DNA of 64,000 nt from Schmidtea nova (Eukaryota), in contig CM097883.1 in NCBI GenBank assembly GCA_044892505.1, forward strand, positions 204,414,001 through 204,478,000, in the 5' to 3' direction. Below, one piece after another: positions 13,744 through 24,031 of this stretch. A model generated the notes under the pieces. The model did no database searches and was not told the DNA's origin. It was given only the letters and a program-made list of their open reading frames with translations. Every line of letters begins with the position of its first letter. Positions within the stretch are counted from its first letter, which is position 1. A program made the translations under genes and the position numbers.

Positions 13744-13959
13744 TGATTTGGTCCTGTGGATTGACCAATCAGAATCGGTCTACCACTCATTTGCATGGTA
13801 ATTTGGTTGTTTATTTATTATTAATATGATTGACGTTTTAAGCATCCTGCTTCGTGGCTCAAAATTTATCAGTGAATTAATGAAAATTAGTTTAGTTTTG
13901 ATTTTATTTTATTCTTAATTCTTTGATTAATATTTTAATATATGTTTTTATTGTAGACT

Positions 13960-16900
13960 CGGGGCCGGGTGGTGGGTTTTTGCCGCCCTAGGCAAAACGC
14001 AAATTTGCCGCCCTATAGCCTATATGTAAAGTTCATTTTGGATTGTTAAAATCACTGTGCGTTCATCTTTCATGTTTCTCTTAATATTTGTTGTTGTAAT
14101 TATCTTTTCATGGTCAGAGAATGTGTGCGATGTAATTGTTGAAATACTAGCAAACCGTACAGACAATAGTTCAATCAGAAAAGAATGGAATGCGCCTTAT
14201 TTTTATTGAGGCAAATTCCCGAGCAAGTTCGCCGATTTCCACCTTAGAAGCCATTTCTTTCTCAATGGAGAGAATAGCCAAGTCCGATAAACGATCTTCT
14301 GCCATTGTAGATCGCAAGTAATTCTTTATTATTTTCAGTTTTGAGAAGCTGGATTCTCCTGCTGCAACAAATACTGGGAGAGTAAGCATGATGCGCAAAG
14401 CCAGAGACAAATTTGGTAATACACTGCACAGTTGATTAGTACAGATAACTACAAGCAACTGCTTTGGTGTTTTTCTCTCTTGAATCCGACGTTGTAGGCA
14501 TTTTATTTCTTCAAAAAGACGGAGGGCATCAATGTCTTTGTCACTGTCGTCAGTCAGAGCTTTTTCTAATGATCGGCATTTTTCAAGAAGGGTGGCGGAC
14601 TGATAGTCTCCTCCAATACAACTGAGAAACCCAAACACTGTGTGATGAGCATTCAAGAGCGTGAAGCGCTCTTCCAAAGAGTTGATAGCAGCGTCTAACA
14701 CCACGAAGAAAAACTGACACTTGAACGACTGTCTGGGATCTGATATTTGATCATTAGCCGCTTCATACTGAAACATTCGTTTTTTCGTACGAGCCCGAAA
14801 TTGCGTCACAGCAGGAAATGTTGGGTCTATCTCCAGATCTTTTGCTAAGCCTTCTGCCTCTTCAAGAGTTTTGAGAAAGCTGTCGTCAGAGCGATAGTTT
14901 ACGAGATATTGAATGGTTTTATTCAGCTGAGTGACAGCTTCGGACATGTCGACAGATTGAGATTGAAGCAGTTTATTCGCAAAGTTGACCTCGTAAAGGA
15001 TGATATACCAAACGACCACACTAACAACAAATTTGAAGCAACGCAGCTGAAATGCAATTCCTTGAGCATCTGCACGAGTTTGTGCGCCAGTCACTCCAGT
15101 TAGGGTCGTATCTTCGATAATAGAAACAAGGGCATCATAGACTTCTCCAATTTGATAACGTAAAACACGAACGGCATTTACTCTACTTGACCACCTCGTT
15201 TCACTGAGAAGTTTGATAGTTAAACCCGACACATTGTTTTTGAGAACCTTACAGCGATGTGTGGACGCAGAAATAAACACATACACCGCCTGTACGACTC
15301 CAAAACATTTGACAGCTTCTGTGCAGGAATGTGCAGCATCGTTGACGACGAGGTTCAGTGAATGAGCAGTGCAAGGGATATAAAATGCTTGAAGATTTAA
15401 ATCAAGAATTTTCTTCTGCACGCCATTATGCTTTCCTTTCATGTTAGAGCCGTTGTCGTAACCTTGCCCTCTGAGATTAGTCAAAACTAAGCCCATTTCC
15501 TCGATCTTCTTCACAATTAAATTCGTCATTCCAGCTCCAGTTGTTTTAGATGCGACCTCATATTGCAGAAAATGTTCGTGAACAGCAACATTCACAACAC
15601 GTTCTTCTTGAGCTTCACACAAGGACACAAATCGAATCACTAAAGTTATTTGTTCAACATGACTAACGTTTGGTGTACAATCAAAGATTATTGAGAAGTA
15701 TAATGCATTTTTGGCTTCACTAAGAATTTCATCTCTCACCTTTTTTGCCAACAATCCAATGATTTCATTTTGAATATTTTTGCCCGCATAGTGCACATGA
15801 ATTTCCTCACTTTTGATGCGCCGGATGTGTTCTTTCATTACAGGATCAAAGCTTCCTAAGTATTCAACAAATTGAAGAAAGTTACCATTGTTGGGTTTAA
15901 AAAGCTTATCGGACGAACCTCAAAATGCTAAGTTTTGAACTGCGTGTACTCTAATGAGTCCGATGAGTCTTTTCAATACTTGTCTCCTGTGTTCGACTTC
16001 TTGTTTTACGACTCGCTGAATTGGCTGCATCAATAGTATTTTCTGGACGCAAACGAACTTTTAACTCCTTCCATTGCATATAAGTTTTATGTAAGTTGGA
16101 GACACTTCATGACTTGAGAGAATAACGGACATATTTTTCCAATCACAACAACCACTGCTTGTTAATGCCACCGATTCTTTCGTGAAGAGTTTACATGAGA
16201 AACAGAATACGACGTTCTAACTTTTCGAATAAACTAGCCAAGAACGTGTCACACTTTCTCCATTCACAAGATTTCGTTTGTAGTGATGGGAACTAAATTT
16301 CCTTCCTTTATCATCTAGTGGAAATTGTGCGTCCATGATTTGTCATGAACCTCTTTTCACCAAATGAATTCTTAACGCATCGTTGAAGGCGAACTACTGG
16401 GATGGATCCTCAATATCGGCTTCTTGATGGTCGTCTGTAATATAAAAACAATAAAATGATATACAACATTCTACATAGATCATATTATAGGGACCACTTA
16501 CCTTGTGGATGATTAGCAATCTTCTCCTCAACAGTCAAATGGCATTGCGAAGAGAGAGTGTCATTTTTTTGTATGTTCCAAGAATGATAATGGATCAATG
16601 GGTGCTGATGTATCATCTTCTGTGGGTTGTTTTATTTCAGCAAACTATCCTTCATCCGCAATAAGCTTGTTGGATTTTTTGAAAATTGTATTAATTTTAC
16701 GTAACTTGGATATCTCGAGTTCTTGTTTCCTTTTCTTTTCGTCTGCCAAATTCTTGTAACCTGATCCACTTAATCTCTTTCTTCCGTCATTCATGAGATA
16801 CGAAGTATGTAGGTAGTAAATAGTCTACAGACGGTACAAAATGACAGGATGAAGCGAGGTACATTGAACAATTCACGACTGAAAATGTATTATATCTCAC

Positions 16901-17329
16901 ACTCTTTCAAGTGACTCACTTGAAGTGAGCACACGGATAGACCACTCACACTTTCAAACAGGCAATCAAAAAGACCTTTTCTCATTTGCGCATGGAAATA
17001 TTTTTATTAATGTTTAGCATGTGTCAGTCTGCAGAGTGTGGTCATTTTTGATAGGTTTAAAAGTTTGAATGAACTCAAAGAAGTCTACACTAGTCTACAG
17101 ACAATACAATCAGGAGAGCAAGGGTTAACAATTAAATGTAGCTAAATGGCTAATGACGCAATTGGTTATTTCAAAGTAAAGTAAATACAATTATACAAAC
17201 GATCAATTTTGGAATAAATATATTTTGAAAGGTTGCCTTAATTTTTTTCCATAGCATTATTTTGCCGCCCCATTGAATTTTGCCGCACTAGGCGGCCGCC
17301 TAGGTCGCCTAAAGCTCAAGCCCGCCTCA
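13960..17329 (-). mobile_element. hAT DNA transposon (ZMYM1-like/Tip100-type transposase)
   Basis: 8-bp TSD TGTAGACT (13952-13959) / TGTAGATT (17330-17337). Degenerate TIRs CGGGGCCGGG / AGCCCGCCTCA. Clusters of GCCGCCC subterminal repeats at both ends. Internal transposase. Confidence 0.88.
14171..15838 (-). CDS. hAT transposase, catalytic and C-terminal dimerisation regions; the N-terminal part (to ~16794) is disrupted
   Basis: FSIIFDCTPNVSH, GQGYDNGSNMKG, CTAHSLNLV, SETRWSSR, GESSFSKLKIIKNYLRSTM. Upstream WLVYSKS*NVVFCFSCKLF (TTF zinc finger) contains a stop. Confidence 0.9.
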   Translation of the reverse strand: MKEHIRRIKSEEIHVHYAGKNIQNEIIGLLAKKVRDEILSEAKNALYFSIIFDCTPNVSHVEQITLVIRFVSLCEAQEERVVNVAVHEHFLQYEVASKTTGAGMTNLIVKKIEEMGLVLTNLRGQGYDNGSNMKGKHNGVQKKILDLNLQAFYIPCTAHSLNLVVNDAAHSCTEAVKCFGVVQAVYVFISASTHRCKVLKNNVSGLTIKLLSETRWSSRVNAVRVLRYQIGEVYDALVSIIEDTTLTGVTGAQTRADAQGIAFQLRCFKFVVSVVVWYIILYEVNFANKLLQSQSVDMSEAVTQLNKTIQYLVNYRSDDSFLKTLEEAEGLAKDLEIDPTFPAVTQFRARTKKRMFQYEAANDQISDPRQSFKCQFFFVVLDAAINSLEERFTLLNAHHTVFGFLSCIGGDYQSATLLEKCRSLEKALTDDSDKDIDALRLFEEIKCLQRRIQERKTPKQLLVVICTNQLCSVLPNLSLALRIMLTLPVFVAAGESSFSKLKIIKNYLRSTMAEDRLSDLAILSIEKEMASKVEIGELAREFASIKIRRIPFFSD

Positions 17330-20062
17330 TGTAGATTTCTCCTCATCCCCCTTGGTTTTTGGGCGTTGATTATTATTTAAAAATGGGTAAGTTAAATCTA
17401 CTTATTATTTTCTAATGCCGTTTATTTTTAGGATTTATTTCTTGTTATATCAGGTTATTTTAATTATTATTTATGTTTCTACTTAGTTTCTATTTTTTTC
17501 AGATGAGTTGTTCTGACAAACAATAAACTTTCTTTTGTCGCTCAATTTATTTCTCAATAATTTATTTAACTTATCGACAGTTATTCTTATCCTTCCGTTT
17601 TTTCTATTTTTCTTCTGTTTCCTCAAATTATTGTCTCTTCTTTTATTCCGGTTGAAATAAAGGCCATTTAGGAACTAAATACCAAAATCAATATGTTGGG
17701 CCAACCAATTAGGATTCACATTGACCATAAATTAAAATTATCATATACAAATCAAATAAATAAACCACAAATGGCCAACATTAGCAGTAAATCCGAAATA
17801 AAAACAAGATCAAGGTAATTAACAAAGGAAAAGTACTTACAAATTAACAGCTGTAAAAACCCCAAAAAACTGAGTTGAAACAGCCGGCTCGAGAAAACGT
17901 AATAAAAATATAAACCACCAGTCTGCGGAAACAACAAGAGCACCAACTAAAAATATAGATTAAGAATAAATCAAACCAGTTGTTATGAACCAATCAGTTA
18001 TATCGCAAATAAACCTACATATGATTAACAATAAAAATTAATAAATATATAAATAACCCGAGACTAACTAGAAAACAGAATTACTGATTAGTTAATCAGT
18101 GAATAAAAAATAAAATATTTGCCAATTATGGGGCAACAGACGAGTTTTGAATGGTGGATCGGGAACGTTGTTCAAAAATTTTTCTCAAGCTTAAATCACC
18201 ATAGGTAAGAGATATGTATTTTGTGGCCACATGCATAGTAGATTCATACCTCAAGAATTTGTGCAGTAAACATGTTTCGACATCAACGATCATAATGAAT
18301 AGAATGCATAGAACGACCACCCGAGAGTAAGATCACTGCACATTAGTCGAGAGGTCGATTGAAGGGGTAGATAAATATAAGTATCGATACATATCGAAGT
18401 CACCAAGTCGTGAAATAGCCTGTTTTTAATGTAGTTTAGAGTCCTATCAGGAACCAATTAACTATCCAAAATTGATGCGACTGAGAGTTGACGCACTTAA
18501 TCCACTACAATAGTGACACGAGTAGAGAAAGGAGTTAGAAATAAGTTCCACATACGAGTGACAAACGGAATATAAGTATCACGTGCTAAACTGTTTGCAT
18601 GAAGTATTGTTGATTATTGACCATTATTCAACTTACGATTTAGACATTGACCCAAATCACTATCGCTGCGCAGTATAGACTATTGAACTACATCGAGAGT
18701 ATAGACAGCTGGTGAGTTGCGTAAATAAATAGAATTGATTTTAGTAATAAAATTTGAATTTATGGAGAGATGATGCTATAAAACGATGAACGAATGAAAG
18801 ATATGATCAGTAAGAATATTTGCAGACAGGAACAATTCATGCTTGATCAGTGTGAAATTTAAATATGCATATTTATTTTTATTTATTTCTAGAAGGCGTG
18901 AAATTTTCATCGAACAAGGGACATCAAAGATCTCCGAATTCGAAAGCTACCCGAGGTCGAAGAGAGAAAACGGGTAAACCGAAATTACGGGTGAGCACCG
19001 ACGTACCGTATTAAGTCCAGGCTATCGTGAATTGACATGCATGACAATGGAAAAGGGAGTTTGGACGAAATCAGACGAATTTGGTTTAGCCCGGCCGAAG
19101 TGAAAGAAATATTAAAGGGCAAGGACAGGGTAGAACAAGCACTCGATGAGCAGTCCAGAGAAATATCGGCTACAAAGGTGGAATTAAATCGGGGTCTAAG
19201 AACGGTCTCGGGTGACTTCATCGCTGAACATCTGAAAAACCAAATTTGGGGAACTACGTTCAAGCGCTGGGTTCCGTCTCAAAGTGCGACAACGGAAACG
19301 CAGACAGAAAGAAAGCTAAAGAATTACTAAAGAATCTCAAGACCAAGAAAAGAAACCGATTAGGCGCTATAAGACGGCGCGAGAAAAGGGCGTTCGCCGA
19401 GAAAATGGGAATTGAGGTGGACCTGTAAATCGGCCTGACGGAGAAGCAACTGATAAATATTATCAACAAAAACGTATTTTTAATCTAAATAAATGAATTA
19501 GTTAGTTATGGTGATTTAAATTTCTTGTTTGTTCCATATTGTTTGTATGGATATAAGTATGATGTATGCTTGAATATAATAAACGGGATCGCAGATGGGA
19601 CATAGTGTAGCTATTAAGACCTTCTATCAATCAAAATGAACCCGTAGTATTGATAGGGGAATAGTATAAACCTAAGTTGCTCACCTGCCCTATTAATTTA
19701 CACCGCCCAGTTTATTACCAAAATGAGGTGCAATTAGGGACTAATCATGTTGGCAGAGGTTACCCTAATCATTCTCTCCAAGCAAACCTGTGTTTAACAT
19801 CGCACCAACACACCAACAAATAGGATGAAGCAGATTCATTATAGTTAGAAATTATTAGAAAAAAATATAATCTGCCCACATTGGTTACCAAGAAGTTATT
19901 GATTGCTCAATTTCTTTTAACATTGGTTCTCGAAGTTGGTAATTATCCGGTATGTGACAGACTGGCATCGTGCCAGTCACACTCAGCAATTTAGAGATGG
20001 ATTATCACCAACTTTTTTTCCATAATTAATTAATATTTATTTTTAATGACCCTATAAAATTA

Positions 20063-20495
20063 TCTATAATACTAATTCGCGACTGTCTCTGTCTGTCTGT
20101 CGCATGTGACGTCACCACACAGTCAACAGTTCTGTTTGATTAAATTTTTAACATTCTCAAATATTATTTATAAAAGTTAACTGATGTGTTGTTTTATGTT
20201 TATATTTCTTATTATTGTTCTATGTTATTTAACGTTGTTAATATTGAATTATTCATTCATGTAAGTATGTATATAATAAAATGTATTTATATCATATAGA
20301 TAGATTCTATTAAGATTTTAATAATGATAAATATCCTAAAGTATTATATATAATAAGTATGTAATAACGTATTATCATATTCCCAATTATAATGAATGTT
20401 TTCTACATGACAGTGTTTTTAGAAATATTTTTATTATACAGCTGAAATATATTTATTTCGAAAAATTCCGTCTTTTTTGACGGGTAACACACTAG
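20063..20495 (+). mobile_element. Non-autonomous Helitron
   Basis: Starts TC after A and ends CTAG before T. 3' hairpin CCGTC-TTTTTT-GACGG (20468-20483). (CTGT)n near the 5' end. No TSD, and the flanks rejoin to match the inverted copy near 43020-43040. Confidence 0.8.
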
Positions 20496-20898
20496 TAATT
20501 AATATATTCGTCGTTGACTCATACCGTTTCCCCTCTCAAAATATTAATTTTTTCACTTAAATTAATTTTTATTAAGTTTTACTATTTATTTAAGCTAAAA
20601 CTTTTGCATTTGAATTATGCATTTTTATTTGTGCATTTTTGTGCATCCATCTGCAACAATGATGTTTTAAAAAATTGAATTTTTTATGTATTTCGTAATA
20701 TTAATTGGTTTTTTAAGTTGTAAAAAATATAAAAATTTTCAAACTAAAAGATCCAGTTAAATTTCATTTATTCCCATTTGAATAGAAAGTTAGTTTGCAA
20801 CAAATTATTCGTCAACAACAATATCTGATAATGAGGGGGTCCTCAGTAATGCCAACTGGACCCGTCTCATGAATAATGCAACGTTCATAAATTATAAT

Positions 20899-21663
20899 TG
20901 TAGTGGTCCGGAAGGCCGATAACCAAGATTCGTTCAAAGCAGTAAAAGAACATAGCCTGCCTCAAACTTTCACTCTATTCAGTATTATTGAATTTTCAAC
21001 AAGTCATTTTAATGACGAAGAAAAAAATAAACTCCAAAAAAATAACAATCTGAGTTAAAAAAAATAACTGTGGTCAAACTGTAAAACTTTCATTTTTAAT
21101 TTTGGCATTTACATTTATTTTTACATTAATTAACTTTAACTTGGAGTTTGTTTTAATATTCTGGCAGAATTTATATTTTGTTTCTAAAGTTTGAAACGTT
21201 TAACATTGTTTAAAATAAATATTTTCAAAAAGTGGACTACTAGTTTTTGATAATTGAAAATGCGTTATTCTATTGTTAAAATTTTAATTGTTCTACAAAT
21301 TTTAACACTCCATATTTTGCAAATGTGTCACAGTAATATTGTTGGATGTGGTGGTTTCGTTAAAACAGATATCATTGGATTTGCTTATCATAAATTATCA
21401 GCACAATTAATGTTTTCGGACGGAACTCTAAATTATGTGACTGATGTCCTTCCAAATGGAGCGCATTCTATTCCTATATATGATTTCGGTTTCTATGTTA
21501 CCAAAATTATGAGTCCTGACGGTTGGAATATTGAACCAACTGATGGCTACGTTATAAACATTAATAGCCAAGATTCTTGTCCAGATGACTATAATTTTCA
21601 TTTCGCTGGTTTTACCGTACTTGGTAAAGTATCAACAGCTAATATTGAAACAGGTCCACTAAA
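20899..21663 (+). repeat. 5' LTR
   Basis: TGTAGTGG...CCACTAAA, direct repeat of 27590-28354. Confidence 0.95.
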
Positions 21664-24031
21664 AATGGTGTCAGAGGAAAACCAATCTCCAATTCAAGAT
21701 GGAAATCAAACATTTCGTCCCCAAGTCTCACAACATCCAGCAACAATGAATAATTCATTTCAATTAAACTCATCTAATTCTAATAATGCAAGTACGCTTA
21801 GTCAAATTGAAGTCGTTAAGCGAATTGCAGCTGCAATGCAACCACCACCACCTCCGATGCATTTAAGCAATCGACAAAATCAACCGTCAATTCCTATAAT
21901 TCCAACCCCATTGCAAGTAAATCAAGACTCTCAAATTCCATTAGACTGTGCGCAATTAATAAGGATTCCAACCAGTTCACAAGACTCAGCTACTAACATT
22001 CGACAGGCTTTACATTTAATACAACAGAATTTAATCTTACAAAGTGATAAATCCAAGCAAGCTAACAATCATATATCAGATGCTAGCAACTCTATAGCCC
22101 CTAATCAGTCTTTAATCGTCAACAATTCAACGAATAGTAGTCTGTCAGCAATAACAATAAGTTCATCTCCAGTCTCTCCACAGAATCAAAATTCTACTGT
22201 TCTTTCTATGATTAACGTCGACGTTCAAATATTAGAAGAGATAAATCGATCGATTCCTCAGCAGAATCCAAAACCAGTAAATTCAACGCCAGTAAATCCC
22301 AATTTTTCTCTTATTCAAACGGATCCCAAAGTCGCTCAACAATTGACAAATGACTTTCAAAAGCAGTTTCTTTGCACACCGCTAGGTGCTAAGCCACAGG
22401 GATACAATTCAATTGGTCAAACATCGGAAGCAACACAAATCAACATGAAAAATTGCAATAACATCAAATCTATCGTAAATTTTTCACCAGCCCCATCGAA
22501 TATGAACTTAAACACCAACAACGATATCAATAATTCGCTATTAAAAGCTCCATCAAATTCAAAAGTCACAGGAACTCCAATATTAACAGATTTTCTTCTC
22601 TTTTCGGAACAGAAGATCAGCCCCCATTATCGCTGTGGAGTTACGTTAGCATATTTTATTATTATATTAAATTTCTATTATTATATATTATTATTTATAT
22701 CATTATTATTAAAATCATTATTATTAAAATTAACGGAGCCGCCCAATCTTCCGAATTTTAGTCTACGTCGCATATCCTATAGGTTTTTGTCAATATTCGT
22801 AAGGGTTTCCTCCTTCACATTTCACTTTAAACTAGCCCAGGACACGACTATATCAAAACTATCTACATTAATTTGCAAGCGCTTGTCGTACGAGGGACCG
22901 ACATACATATCTTATAATGGCGCAATATTAAGGAATCAGGACTCACTTTTAAGTTCTGACATATGTTCGGATTCTTTGCTGTTCTGTCATGTACCATTGT
23001 ATGGCGGCGCACCATCAAGTATAGACGATGACAACGAATACGACGATAAAAAGCCCAAACCTTTGCCTAAAAAGCAAAGAAATGTTCGAGGCGCTGCTTC
23101 TTCCGACAGTAACTCTAGACAAAATATTAATTGTCCGTTCTTTTTAGATGAGAACCAATCACCATCAACTTGGTTACTCACACTCGAAGCCCTTTTAGAA
23201 AGTTGCGGCGTTACTTCTTCAAGAGATAAATTCTATAGAATATTATCTCTCATCCCACAGGAACATTTAGGCCGCCTTTCTGCCGTTATTCGCCGCACAA
23301 CGCAAAAAACCTTTTTAACCCCTTTTGAGGAGCTCAGCACAGGACTGCTGGATTTATTTAAAGTCCCCAAACAGGAAATATTCTCAAAATATTTCAAAGC
23401 CCAATCTTTAGGAAGTTGTAAGCCGACAGAATTTTTGCAGAAGGCTTTTACAGACCTCGAACAAATGCAAAATGGGACAGCACCCGACCAAAACATGCTA
23501 CGCCAGTTCTTTTTAAGTGTACTTCCGACACACACACAACAGATACTTGCTTTATCGTCTCCGGTAGATATACACGAATTAGCAAAAATGGCGGACAAAA
23601 ATCATGAAATTGTTCCGTTAGGTGGTAAACCAGGCTCATCTGTCAATAGCCTTCCTATCGCAAGCCCGCCGATCCCATCATCAACAGAAAATGCTCTTCT
23701 TTGCGCCATTCGCGACCTTACTGATCGTATTTCGCATTTGGAACGTCATAAATCTCCGTCTCGAAATGCATCACTTTCCAATGCGTTTGACCGAAGACGT
23801 TCCAAATCCCCGGCTTATTCAAACATTTGCTTTTATCATACCAAATATGGGACGAAAGCAAATTGTTGCAACATAGGATGTGGCTGGCGAAACAAAGCAG
23901 CTACCCTAAAAATCATTGATAAGTGCATTTATCACGCACGATTTGGGGATAAAGCAAACAAATGCATCGTAGGTTGCAAATCCTACAATTCCCCACCATC
24001 TTCTCCAAACAACATTCAAAAAAACTTGTAA
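21260..24031 (+). CDS. ORF1: NOMO N-terminal fragment / Q-N-S-P-rich linker / hydrophobic segment / ubiquitin-like domain / Gag. A native start is probably the ATG at 21665.
   Basis: Single open frame, first ATG at 21260. Gag core W..TLEALL...LRQFFLSVLP..TQQILA...ELAKMADK plus two C-x2-H-type knuckles (CFYHTKYGTKANCC, CIYHARFGDKANKC). Confidence 0.88.
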   Translation: MRYSIVKILIVLQILTLHILQMCHSNIVGCGGFVKTDIIGFAYHKLSAQLMFSDGTLNYVTDVLPNGAHSIPIYDFGFYVTKIMSPDGWNIEPTDGYVININSQDSCPDDYNFHFAGFTVLGKVSTANIETGPLKMVSEENQSPIQDGNQTFRPQVSQHPATMNNSFQLNSSNSNNASTLSQIEVVKRIAAAMQPPPPPMHLSNRQNQPSIPIIPTPLQVNQDSQIPLDCAQLIRIPTSSQDSATNIRQALHLIQQNLILQSDKSKQANNHISDASNSIAPNQSLIVNNSTNSSLSAITISSSPVSPQNQNSTVLSMINVDVQILEEINRSIPQQNPKPVNSTPVNPNFSLIQTDPKVAQQLTNDFQKQFLCTPLGAKPQGYNSIGQTSEATQINMKNCNNIKSIVNFSPAPSNMNLNTNNDINNSLLKAPSNSKVTGTPILTDFLLFSEQKISPHYRCGVTLAYFIIILNFYYYILLFISLLLKSLLLKLTEPPNLPNFSLRRISYRFLSIFVRVSSFTFHFKLAQDTTISKLSTLICKRLSYEGPTYISYNGAILRNQDSLLSSDICSDSLLFCHVPLYGGAPSSIDDDNEYDDKKPKPLPKKQRNVRGAASSDSNSRQNINCPFFLDENQSPSTWLLTLEALLESCGVTSSRDKFYRILSLIPQEHLGRLSAVIRRTTQKTFLTPFEELSTGLLDLFKVPKQEIFSKYFKAQSLGSCKPTEFLQKAFTDLEQMQNGTAPDQNMLRQFFLSVLPTHTQQILALSSPVDIHELAKMADKNHEIVPLGGKPGSSVNSLPIASPPIPSSTENALLCAIRDLTDRISHLERHKSPSRNASLSNAFDRRRSKSPAYSNICFYHTKYGTKANCCNIGCGWRNKAATLKIIDKCIYHARFGDKANKCIVGCKSYNSPPSSPNNIQKNL
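21666..21677 (+). promoter_or_regulatory. Primer binding site, probably tRNA-Leu
   Basis: TGGTGTCAGAGG lies 2 nt after the 5' LTR and is complementary to a ...CTGACACCA tRNA-Leu-type 3' end. It overlaps the ATG at 21665. Confidence 0.8.

Noticed and set aside
13583-13829. ORFs with long IYIYIY tracts
   Set aside because: Translation of the (AT)n microsatellite.
17700-19900. GC-richer stretch with short ORFs and faint RT/env-like fragments
   Set aside because: Probably a retroelement relic, but no diagnostic motif could be recovered by eye.
21254-21663. A functional host NOMO gene
   Set aside because: Only ~135 codons of a protein that is normally over 1000 aa, duplicated exactly within LTRs. 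It is treated as a captured fragment.
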